DNA of 64,000 nt from the NCBI GenBank assembly GCA_965153355.1, contig OZ231126.1, forward strand, positions 32,364,001 through 32,428,000, given 5' to 3'. Below the pieces are notes generated by a model. The model ran no database searches, was not told the origin of the DNA, and saw nothing but the letters and a program-made list of their open reading frames with translations. Below, piece by piece: positions 11,446 to 23,212 of the stretch. The stretch is from Flaccisagitta enflata (taxonomy: Eukaryota). The translations under genes and the position numbers were made by a program. How positions within the stretch are numbered: position 1 is the first letter of the stretch; every line of letters begins with the position of its first letter.

Positions 11446-14400
11446 GAAACTTAGATCAGGAGTAGAACAAAAGAGTCTTATACCAAACCAACTTTAAGGC
11501 TATGTGAATAGAGGAGGAATTACCTCATAGTTATCTCACCATTGCATTTTCTTATGGAGAAATGAGTTATGAAGGCGGGCAAGCTAAAGAAAATGTGGCA
11601 TATCATGGGAAAATAACCAGAATTACAATTCTTTTGTTGATGTTCCGATTTCAATGTCATTGGAAAGGTAAATTTGCTTTCAAGAAATCATTTTGTGGCC
11701 TGGGAGAACAGTAACAAAGATCAGAATGCTTTGGGGACCCCATTCAGGGGGGGGCCACAGGCTCGGAACAACAAAATGGACACCATCGAAAATGCTGAAT
11801 ATGACTAAAATCATGAGTTTATGGTCATTTTTTCTGCTTCATTACTATCAAAGGAGTAAGTTGCTGTCAAGATATTGTCATCCTGCAAACAAGAACCAAA
11901 ATAATGGATAAGGGCTTTTGGAGGCCCTATCCAGGGTTCCTTAAATAGTTAAAAAAATGTGAAATTACTTGTATCGATCTATCCATAACAGTTCATTTTG
12001 ATGATTTTTGCATTTAACTTGGCTCTTTTATAAGCTGTCCTTTTCAATCATTCATTCATGTGTCCATATATTCATTTTTTCATCCATTCATTCATTTATT
12101 CATTCATTCATCCATTCATGCATTCATTCCTTATTTCACTCTTAAACATTCTGATTTCACATATTTATGGATTTTAAAGAAACAAATCTTGAAATTTTTC
12201 ACTTATGCAATGTTAGGAATGACATATATAGTATATAGTTGCATGTCCCCCCCCCCCCAGCAGGGAGAGAAGAAAATCAAAGGATCAGGAAATGGGGAAG
12301 GAAATCAAAGGGATGAAAAATATAGAAGATTTTACACTTTTGGCAGTGTTAAAATGTATAATCTAGGTACTACAACTCTTTTTTACACTATTTAAACCAA
12401 TTCATTACTATATAGGGATATATGGGGAAGAAAAGTAAATGTAGTTTGACCCTGCGGGTAAGAAAATCAAAGGACCAGGGAGGGGGATGTAACTATATAC
12501 TTCCCTGCCTAAATCTCAGTCTAAATCTAAACTGCTAGAAGCAGAAGGACAATTTTTTGCCGTATTAGGAAACATATTTGGTTTAGTATTCTAGCTACGG
12601 CATTGTTCAGCTTAATAATGATTTCTCTGGATTTGTTCAAGATGTAAAAAAAGACACAACCTGACTTTTCTTGACTGCTACAATTTCTAATGACACAAAA
12701 AAGAGATTTCTTTCCCTAAGACTAAATTCACATTTGTTCATTATCATAATGTCATCATATTTGTTTCATCAGTCATATCAAGTCCTATTCTAACATTGAT
12801 CAATACATCTGTCAAAGAGCCTAGAAAAGCCAAAATTGAATTCTGCATGACAAGAAAGTTTTTACTTCCAAAGACTTTTAAGGTCCCATTGATCTACATG
12901 AGATAGAAAGAGTTTTAGGTTATTTTCAGTGGTTACGCACCAACAAATTGACAGTTAGGACAACAGCCTCAAAGGGGGCTAAGTTCTGTAAAACACAGGG
13001 GGTTTGTCTGTCGTCCCCTCCCTGATCAGACCTCCAATCAGCCCTTTCAGGCGTCAATTCAATCCTTTCAGGCCTCAATTTAGCCGTCTTAGGCCTCATA
13101 TAAGTCCCTTTACCCTTAAGCCTCAAATCAGCCCTTTCCAGTCCAGATGAGTCGGTTCAGGCCTCAAATCAACCCTCTTTGGCTTCAAATTGGCCTTGCT
13201 AGCTTCCTCAGGCCTCACATCAGCTTTTTGGAAGCTTTCAGGCCCTCAATCAGCCCTCTACAGTCAGTCCCAATTCTGTATTAATCCATAAAATTGTATT
13301 TTAACATATTTTGGCAAACCAAAATTTTTTCCATCTGGGCATATTTCAGTAAATGAAAATATAGTTTGATTTTCTCAGTTGTGGTTTTTGTAAAAACTGA
13401 ACGAATTTCATAGACATTTGTCTTGTTCACGATCTGCAATGATTTTTCCACTTTAATTCTAGAAGAAATACATTCATAAATGCTTACCATTCTATCATAT
13501 CATTGGATTTTGTTCATCCCTCTTAAATTTTTCATCTCACCGATTCTTCTAATATTGGATACAGTAAAACAGAGTAAATAACCTGAGAACTTTGAAATCA
13601 CTTTGCTTCTTCGTTTTGAGTGTCAGAAAAATAAGGGAAAGATGCAAGTCATATTTCGATATAACAAAATATACTCAGATAATCAAAACTGCTTTATATC
13701 ATTACATGATGAGATATGGTCACATGGATGAATGCGGAATTGGGACTGACTGTCTATAGCATCTTGGCTTTCTCAAACAGGACAAACAAAAGTCCCCTTG
13801 TGTTCTACAGGGCTCCATCTCCTTTGGGGCCGCTGCCTTGCTTCCTTTCACACCAATTTACAATCATGGAAAGCTGGGCAACAGGTAATGCTGACCACAT
13901 ATAGCCCTTGGTTGACCTGTTGAGCCCTTAGGGCCCCCTGCACAAGGTCTCTTGGAACCCTTTGCAGATGTCAGTATATTTATATCAAGTTCACTCCCGC
14001 TTTATCCATAGAGCAGATACAACAACAAAAAAAGTCATGATTTTAATCATTTTCAGCATTTTCGAGTGTTAATTTTGTTCTTTTAAGTCCTTGGGGTCCC
14101 CATGGTCACAGTCCACAGGGGCTCTTAACCTTTGTTACTGTTCCTCAATACCTAATGAGAGTATGATGATAGCAAATTTACTCTTCAGATGACCATGAAG
14201 CAAAGATAACAAAAAAAACTTTAGTCATTTTCAGCAATTTTTGCCATTTTGAGCCTCTTAGGGAGCTTCTGGAGGGTCCCTCAAGGGCCCCTATCCCTTA
14301 TGTCTCAATATCCATACTCTGCTACCAAATATCTTTTGAACTGGACCATTTCCAAGACTTTTTTACAAGAGACGAATTCTTTCTGCCTAAATCAATACTT

Positions 14401-15601
14401 AAAAAATGAAATTTTCACTAAAAATGCTGCATTCAGCTATTTTTGCTATTTTGGGCCCCCTTGAGAGCCCATGGAGGGACCCCCAGGGGCTCCTATACCC
14501 TATTTCTCAAAATCCATACTATACTATCAAGTGTCTTTTCAATTAGACCATTTCCAAGACTTTGTGCTGCAAACTATTTTGGAGAAGAATTCTTTCAACC
14601 CAAAAAGCTGCTGTTTAAAAGGGGATTTTCGCCAAAAATACTGCATTGCTTGGTACACATATGTATGCCGCAGGAGCCGATATTCTCAGTAAATTTTTGG
14701 TCGGTTTATGGTTGTAAAGTGTTGAAGTAAGGTCCCCGCCACAATTAGAGCTATTGGTGGGCATTGTAGCATGAAAAGTTTTCTCTCAGGACCTCCTCAG
14801 GCCGTGGTGGTTCTCCCTCTAATGTAAATAGTACAGAAAATTGGGTTGGAATAAGTTTTTAAAATAAGTCCTAAGTCATTTTAAGTCATTCTAAGTCATT
14901 TTAAGTTGAATTAAGTCACTTAAGTCAATTTGGTCAATTTGTTCATTTAAGTTAATTTACATCATTCCATGTCTTTATTCGTTTTATTAAGTCATCTTGA
15001 GTCATTGAAAGTCAAATTATGTCAGCCTAAGTCATCTATGTAACGCACGCGACTTTTAGGTGTTGTCCTTGTTTCATTCATACTTGGCCTGTGAATTGAA
15101 TAAAGAAATCATTGATTGAACATAAACTGAGAATCCCCAGTTCGGCAGCTGACCAAACATGAGGCAGAGCCTATAGCTAAACTAAATAACGTAATAACAT
15201 TATTCTATATTCACAAAAAAACCTCCTCAGATACCACAGTGGCTGACACAGTTTAGCTTCACTTGATCATATTGGCTAACAAGGCATCCCTTGCTTTGGG
15301 CCATGGTTTGGGGAATTCCATCTTTTCTCTTCTGATTTCATTGTTGATAAATCCCGCATCTGCTTTGAAGGCAGTCAATTTTGTTTGAGGCAACATTTGA
15401 TTGATTAACATGCAGAGTATGCACTCAAAAAAAAAAAAAAAAAAAAAAAAACATGTTGCTTTGTAAAATTTCAAAGTCTGAGACTGACTTGAATTCTTTT
15501 CCCAAAGAAGTGCTGGGAAAAAAAATTTGGTCAGAGACAACCCAACCTCATTCTATCATCTAAATATTACTACTCTTTTATCACAAAAAAAACCTCCTCA
15601 G

Positions 15602-15673
15602 ATACCACAGTGGCTGACACGATGACTGAACAACCATCAACAACAGCGACTTCAGGTGCTGCAACTCTTGAAG
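15602..15673 (+). CDS. 72-bp Ser/Thr-rich exon, copy 1 (xTTVADTMTEQPSTTATSGAATLE)
   Basis: ctcctcag| acceptor, |gtaatc donor, open in phase 1-1. Confidence 0.65.
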
Positions 15674-16106
15674 GTAATCTAAAATTGACTTTGCAGAATA
15701 GATAGACTGATGAATTTGATAAAGGAATTGGGTCTCGAGATGATTTATAGCACTGTCTTGCTTTTAGCTTTACTCGAGAGCATCTGCTAACAATGCATCC
15801 CTTGCTTTAAGACATAGTTTGGAGAACTCCATCTTTTCTCCTCTGATTTCTTTGTTGATAAATCCCGCATCTGCTTTGAAGGCAGTCAATTTTGTTTGAG
15901 GCCACATTTGATTGATTAACATGCAGAGTATGCACTCAAAAAAAAAAAAGAAAACCATGTTGCTTTGAAAAATTTCAAAGTCTGAGTTTGACTTGGATTC
16001 TTTTCCCAAAGAAAGCTGGGAAAAAAAAATTTGGTCAGAGTTAACCCAACCTCGTTCTATCAACTAAAATATTACTATTCTTTTTTCACAAAAAAAACCT
16101 CCTCAG

Positions 16107-16178
16107 ATACCACAGTGGCTGACATGTTGACTGAACAACCATCAACAACAGCGACTTCAGGTGCTGCAACTCTTGAAG
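16107..16178 (+). CDS. 72-bp Ser/Thr-rich exon, copy 2 (DTTVADMLTEQPSTTATSGAATLE)
   Basis: cag| acceptor, |gtaatt donor, phase 1-1. Confidence 0.65.
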
Positions 16179-16741
16179 GTAATTTGAAATTGGCTATGCA
16201 CAATAATTGGACTGATGAATTTGATAAAGGAATAGGGTCTTGAGATTATTTATAGCACTGTCTAGTTTTTAGCTTTACTCGAGAGCATCTGCTAACAATG
16301 CATCCCTTGTTTTGAGACATGCTTTGGAGAATTCCATCTTTTCTCCTCTGATTTCTTGTTGATAAATCCCACATCTGCTTGGAAGGCTTGTTTTTAACAA
16401 AAACAATTTGTGTATTTCAGAAAAAAAGATATATTATTGATTGTAGAGCACTCTGCTTGGCGCCAAATGAAAGAAAATCATCAAATTTACTCACCAAGTC
16501 AATTTTGTTTGATGCCACATTTGATTGATGAAGATGCAGAGTATGCACTCAAGAAAATTGAAAACCATGTTTCTTTGAAAAATGTCAAAAAGTTTGAGAC
16601 TGAATTCAAATTTTTCCCCAAAAGAAAAGCTGGTTTTTCTATCCTCAAACATGGCTGGGAAAAAAATTTGGTAAGAATCAACCCAACCTTGCTCTGTTAA
16701 CCAAATGATATCATTCTATATTCACAAAAAAACCTCCTCAG

Positions 16742-16813
16742 ATACAACAGTGGCTGACACTTTGTCTCAACAACCATCAACAACTGCGACTTCAGGTGCT
16801 GCAACTATTGAAG
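16742..16813 (+). CDS. 72-bp Ser/Thr-rich exon, copy 3 (DTTVADTLSQQPSTTATSGAATIE)
   Basis: cag| acceptor, |gtattc donor, phase 1-1. Confidence 0.6.
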
Positions 16814-17529
16814 GTATTCTGAAATTGACCATGCACAATAGCTGGACTGATTAATTTGATAAAGGAATTGGATCTCAAGGTGATTTATAGCACAGTTTAG
16901 CTTTACTTGAGTGCCTCTTCTAAAAAGGCATCCATTGCTTTGAGACATGGTTTGGAGAATTCCATTTTTTTCCTTTCTGATTTCTTTGTTGATAAATCCC
17001 ATATCTGCATTGAAGGCATGTTAAACACAAAAACAATTTAGGTTTTTCAGAAAAAAAATATGAAAATTCATAACTTGAAAAATTTGATTGAAGAGCATTC
17101 TGCTTGGCACCAAATGAAAGAAAATCATCAAATTTACTCACCCAGTCCATTTTGTTTGAGGCCAGATTTGATTGATTAAGATGCTTAGTATGTACTCAAG
17201 AAAATGGAAAACCATGTTTTCTTGGAAAATGTCAGAAAGTCTGGAACTGACTTCGATTTTTAGTCGCGTGCACGCGACTCTACAACCCACTCTATCCGTC
17301 GGTCGGTCTGTTGGTCTGTCGGTCCATCACACTTTGCTTTTTTTCGCCGCCCCTGCCCACCCGCACACGACTAAGGTAGCCGTGTATCCGGCCTTATTTT
17401 CCAATAAACTGCTTGTTTTTCGTTTTTCAAATATGGCCAGAAAAAAAAAAAAAATTGGGGTAAGAGTCAACCCAACATTGCTCTATCAACTAAATGATAC
17501 TATTCTATATTTACAAAAAACCTCCTCAG

Positions 17530-17601
17530 ATATGACTGTGGCTAACACTTGGACTGAACAACCATCAACAACAGCGACTTCAGGTGCTGCAACTCATGAA
17601 G
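17530..17601 (+). CDS. 72-bp Ser/Thr-rich exon, copy 4, with a GC donor (DMTVANTWTEQPSTTATSGAATHE)
   Basis: cag| acceptor, |gcaatt donor (GT changed to GC), open in phase 1-1. Confidence 0.45.
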
Positions 17602-18347
17602 GCAATTTGAAATTGACAATGCACATTAGCTGGACTAATGAATTTGATGAGGAAACTGGATCCTAAATCAGTTTTGCTAAATGGAAAACAAGGAGTGATG
17701 CGCGTAGTAACTAGTCAGTGAGGGCTCACAAGGCCTTCTTCCATATTTCTAATTTGGGTATATATATGTCATGTTTTCGTCAGCAAAATAAGCGACAGTA
17801 CAAACGATGCATCATACAGTTAACAGGATGAGAAAAAAAAAAAATGATTAGGAAAAGTGCACAAATGAAAATTTAGAAACAGTCTATGTGGTATCATGGG
17901 TTTGTATCACCGTTAACGATCTTAATTTGACTAGGACTGGCTTACCAGTTAAAAGTAAGCATTGCAAAAACTTTCGTTGTCGTTTAGCAAAAATTTCCGT
18001 TATAGTGAGGGATGTTGTTCCACCTGTCATAGCACAGTCTAGCTTTACTTGAGAGCATCTGCTAACAAGGCTTTTCTTGCTTTGAGACATGATTTGGAGA
18101 ATTTCATCTTTTCTCTTCTGATTTCTTTGTTGATAAATCCCGATTCTTCTTGGAAGGCTTGTTATTAGCAAAAATGATTTGGATTATCCTGACAAAGAAA
18201 TGAAAGAAAATCATCAAATTTGAGGCCACATATGATTGATTAAGATGCATAGTATACACTCAAGAAAATAGAAAACCATGTTTCTTTGAAAAATGTCAAA
18301 AAGTCTGTGACTGACTTCAATTTTTTTTACCAATAAAGTACTGGTCA

Positions 18348-19104
18348 TTGGGCAGCCCTGAAGGGAGGCAGCCCTGAAGGGCCCTGAAGGGGACAATGTC
18401 CTGTAAAACACAGGGGGAACATATGTTCATCCGTCCGTCTACCCGTCGGCCCCCCCCCCCCCCCCCCGCGTTGAGACTCAAATCTCAGACTCAAATTCCA
18501 GTCTCATGGCTCAAATCCCAGCCAAGTGGCTCAAATTTCAGTCTCAAGGCTCTAATCCCAGCCTCGAGGTGCAAATCCCAGCCTTGAGGCTCAAATCCCA
18601 GCCTTGAGGCTCAAATCCCTGCCTCAAGGCTCAAATCCCAGCCTCAAGGCTCAAATCTCAGCCTCAAGGCTCAAATCCCAGCCCAAAGACTCAAATCCCA
18701 TGCTCGAGGCGCAAATCCCAGTCTCAAGGCTCAAATCCCAGCCTTGAGGCTCAAATCCCAGCCTGAAAGCTCAAATGCAAGCCCCAAGGCTGAAATTCCA
18801 GCCCCGAGGCTCAAATCCCAGCCTCGAGACTCAAAGCTCAGCCTCAAAGCTCAAACCTCAGCCTCAAGGCTCCATTCTCACTTTCTCAGCCTCGAGGCTC
18901 AAATCTCAGTCTCAAGGCTGAAATTCCAGCCTTGAGGCTCAAATCTGCACACATGGACGGATAAATGAACAAAAGTCCCTCGTGTTCTACAGGACATCCT
19001 CCCCTTTGGGGCCGCTACCCTGCTATCCATCACCTACAATCACCAACATACATAGCAGGGCAATGGGTTTCGCTGACCACATATTGCTCTTGGGCGACTG
19101 GTTA
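18348..19104 (+). mobile_element. Family B element with about 22 copies of a 21-bp GAGGCTCAAATCCCAGCCT(T/C)-type unit
   Basis: GGGCAGCC…GTCCTGTAAAACACAGGGG start, inverted block near 18975-19020, GCTGACCA tail; inserted into a T-rich site of the exon-repeat unit. Confidence 0.8.
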
Positions 19105-19831
19105 TTCTATTCTCAAACATAGCCAGGATAAAAAATTTGGTCAGAGTCAACCCAACCTTTCTCTATCAACTAAATGATATTGTAAACCTCCTCAGATACC
19201 ACAGATTTTGGATCCACGTGCAAAGAATTGGGAAGCAAATGACCATTTTTGGGCAGAGGCTCCAAAGGGGTTGGTGACCAATGCTTAAACACATATGGGG
19301 AACTTTCACCTCCTTCTTCTTCTCCCTCCGCACAGTGCATCATTACCGATAAAAAATCAATTGTCATTTTTTCATGTAGTAAGACACTCCTAGACTACTC
19401 TTGCAGTTTTCTTAAAACGTTAACAATAGTTAAACAGCTGAGGGAAATGTAAACCAACGCTACGGTAGCTTACACTTAGTACCACAGGGGTAGGGGTGGG
19501 GGATGCTCGCGCAATCCTCCGTTTTCTAGTGTGGAGTATGAGGTCCCATGTGATAGTGATGCTACAGTGAACTAACGCACGCCCACCAGAATTTGTTCAA
19601 TTACGAGGAAAAATGCTTTGCGCGACAAAAAGTAGGAAGATAGGCAATGACAAACACAAAACGAATAACAATGACCAAGATGATGACACTGATCAATACT
19701 ATTGACACGAGTGACACCAACAACACACAAATAAGCTTGGTTCGAGGAAAAATGACTGAAAGACGATGCGACGTTTGCCTGTGAGTTCTCTCTGTCTGTC
19801 TGTCTAGCTGTCTGTCTGTCTGACTGACTGA

Positions 19832-19934
<103 letters not shown>

Positions 19935-20008
19935 TTTCTCTCTCTCACTTGCTGGATGGCTTGCTCACTCGCTCACTTGCTTGATCTCTCTCTCTCTCTA
20001 TATATATA

Positions 20009-20092
<84 letters not shown>

Positions 20093-20316
20093 GCTGTGCG
20101 TGAGCTGAATGAGCTTGTATATTATCAAGCTTTTTTTTCATTTGTTAAATCAGATTAAGAGCAATCGCATATATTGATTGCACTGAAAATCAGAGAAAAA
20201 GAGGACTGAGCGAAATGAAATAGATAAGCTAAAATATGCAAAATCACTAAACTAGACAACCAGCTATGCTCACTGACATGCTCTCTTTTGTTTGAATGCT
20301 TACATCGAAACATTTA

Positions 20317-20726
20317 CAGACGAAGGTGAAATACAAGAAGTTAACCCCCAAAAACTGTAGCACCCCCCCTCAGCCTCAATCTCTGAATGAAGGAAGATAT
20401 ACAAGATAGGAAATAGAAGCTTATATTGATACAATCAGCCTCATCAGAGCGGTTTGGAATTACATTCCCAGTCTTGAGTTATAGTTAAAAAACTAGTTAG
20501 AAATTGCATTTTAGCCAAATAAAAAAAGAGTGTTATTTTAGCTAATTTTTAAACTGTAATTCAATACTGGGAATGAAATTCCAAAATCGCTCTGATAAGG
20601 CAAATTGTATTGATATAAGTTTCTGTTCTCTATCTTATATGCCTTTCTACATTCAATGGTTGTGGCTTTAGGCAGGGGGTGCTACAGTTGTTGGGGGGTA
20701 TACTTCTTGTATTTCACCTTCTTCTG
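20317..20726. mobile_element. Palindromic TA-flanked MITE
   Basis: CAGA(C/A)GAAGGTGAAATACAAGAAGT arms extend about 200 bp; TA on both sides. Confidence 0.85.
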
Positions 20727-21386
20727 TATTATACCATTTGGAATCAGAAAAAAAAACTGAGCTAGAAGAGCTAAATGAGCAAGAATACTCTAAAACACCC
20801 TCACAGATGAGGAGCTTTGTTCACTGACATGCTTCCTTGTATATGCATGGTCAAACATGTTTCAAAACACTTATTCATTTGTCCCATTTAGAATTAGAAA
20901 AACAAGGCCGGATACACGGCTACCCCAGTCGCGTGCGGGTGGGCAGGGGCCATAATTGAGGTCACTCCATCATTTGGGCAGGAGCAGTGAGGCCAAAAAC
21001 CGCAAAAACCAAAAAAAAGTAAAGTGTGACGGACCGACAGACCGACGGACGGACGAACCGACAAAGCGGGTTGTAGAGTCGCGTAGCACGCGACTAAAAA
21101 TATTGAGCTAAATAAGTTAATTGAGCTAGAATACTGAACAAGGTCATTAGACCTAAGTCGCGTGCGTCGGCATTTTCAGGAAAAGTCGGACAGAAAGATG
21201 TCTTTAAACATTTTTAACAACTTTTAAACGACTTTGTGATGGACGGACATACATATGGATGGACAGACCGATGGACCAAAAAGTGGCACGCAACTAAAAA
21301 CACTCACAGATGAGCAGCTATGCTCATAAAATGATAAATACGTTTTCTTGTATTAGCATTCTCAAACAAATATCAATAATTCAATA

Positions 21387-21787
21387 CTACTCGACTAAAA
21401 GAAAAGCCGCACTCTATGATGAATGAGAAAAAGAAATCATTTGAACATTTTTCTGTTGAACTGATTTTAAAGATTTTTAAATTTTCTTTCATTCTAGACC
21501 AATCCCAGATCTGTATCTCAAACGGTTTAGGAGCTAGAGCTTGTCAAAGTTATCTCCTAATTTGTAAAAATGCTCATTTTTCAATAGGATTGCAAACTGA
21601 TAATAGCAATGTTTTTACTCATCCTTATGCCATTTCTTAACGAATAAAGCTAGAATCGCTAGATTGGAGCTAAATGAAAGATCTTTTCAAGAGCTTTCTA
21701 TTGGTCTAAGATTTTAATTAATTATTTTGAAATTCAATATGACAATTTGCCTTTTAAAAGTGCGGCTTTTTTATTGATTCGAGTAGT
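21387..21787. mobile_element. TA-flanked MITE (CTACTCGA…AAAAGCCGCAC TIR); copies at about 3065-3477 and 1440-1620
   Basis: Inverted termini and a shared internal block CTAGACCAATCCCAGATCTGTATCTCAAACGGTTTAGGAGCTAGAGC. Confidence 0.75.
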
Positions 21788-22671
21788 ATACTTCTTTATT
21801 GATCCTACACGAAATAAAAAAAAAATCTCTAAAAATCTCTAAAAATCGTAACTCCAAAAATATTTGTTCTAGAACATTCTGCTTGGCGCCGAATGAAAGA
21901 GAGTTATCAAATTTACTTACCCTATCAATTTCATTTGAAGCCCCATTCGATCGGTCAAGAGCCTCAACTTTCTCAAAAGAAATCACTATCATGCCCGTTA
22001 ATTGCATCTTCAGCGGTAACACACATTCATGAATTTCAAGCAACAATTATAAGAGCGAGCGAAGTGAGTGAGCGAGTCCATGAATGAAGATGAGAAAAGC
22101 GAGTGTAGTGAAACAGAAAACTACAGAACCAGTGAGCGGAGTGAGTGGTGCAAGCAAAGAAAAGCATCGAGCGACAGAGTTTCCCTTCCAAAAAGCGGAC
22201 ACGCGACTCTACACCATGCCGTGTCAGTCCGTCTGTAATTCTCCAAAATAAGTGAGATCAATAGTCATCTCATATAACATGGTAAATCATTATTCATGTC
22301 AATTTGACTCAGGGACCCATGGACTCACTGACGCCAGAAGGACCAGTCGGACAAAGCGACTAAAATTTGGAGAAAAAAAAATTGAAAAAAAAAAATGTGA
22401 GAAAAAAAAATGTCAAAAATATAGGTGAAACATCTTTAGTCGCGTGCAATGCGACTCTTGACCCCGTTGGTGGATTGGTTGGTTGGTTGATCCCCATTTT
22501 ACTTTTTTAGCGTTTTGAGCTCACTGCTCCTGCCCGAATGTCCCAGTGACCCTCTCTAGCACTGCCCCTGCCGTATGTTTTTTCTAAGACTATTCAAATC
22601 CTTTTCTTTTTTCGGGTTTTCTCCCTTGGGTGATGCCTCAATTAGAGTAGATTCGGGTTGAAATGTCCGAA

Positions 22672-22767
22672 ACCCAGCCCTCACCTAGCCCTAACATTCG
22701 CCCTAACCCTAACCCTAAGACCACCCCTAACCCCAACCTTAACCCTAACCCTACCCCTAACCCTAAA
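22672..22767 (+). repeat. Degenerate telomere-like (CCCTAA)n tract inside a small insertion in a family A element
   Basis: CCCTAA hexamers and variants; flanked by short TTTCTAAG / CTTAGAAA inverted ends. Confidence 0.7.
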
Positions 22768-23212
22768 TAAAAACCCGCTTAGAAAGTAGGGTAGCCGTGT
22801 ATCCGGCCTTGTTGTCCTTATTGTTACCCCAACTGGGATCAATAGCTTCTCCTCCTCTACCCAGCAAGTCTTTCCCGAGCACACAGTCTCCGTCAGCCCA
22901 ACCAGCCGACATACCAACGGTAACAACCTCCTTTATAATTTCTACGTGCTTCGGCTCACTTTTGTTTTTGCAAGCGCGAATATTTACCAAATCCACCCGA
23001 GTCGCGTAACTGATTTCCCTCTTTCTCTTTGTTATATCCGCTTCACTCGCAGAATTAGGCCAATGTTTTCAGCCGAAACAATGATCCTATCAAGTTGCGC
23101 GGCAGGAAGGGAGCTCTGGCTCTGTCCGTTGGTTGGTTGGTTGGTCTGTATGTCTGTCTCTAACGCATTCGTTTGACGACCCACACGTCGCACCTTATTG
23201 GCCTACACTTAT

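Larger units (their letters stand above)
15170..19205 (+). repeat. Tandem duplication of a 500-640-bp exon-plus-intron unit (4 complete and 2 partial exon copies)
   Basis: The AACCTCCTCAGATAC anchor recurs near 15220, 15590, 16096, 16731, 17519 and 19186 with shared intronic blocks; two units are interrupted by family A or B elements. Confidence 0.9.

Noticed and set aside
9423-11667. Two weakly similar candidate exons (9423-9560 and 11562-11667) as leader exons
   Set aside because: They are open and end in phase 1, but splice signals are weak, there is no clear signal peptide, and they may be old repeats
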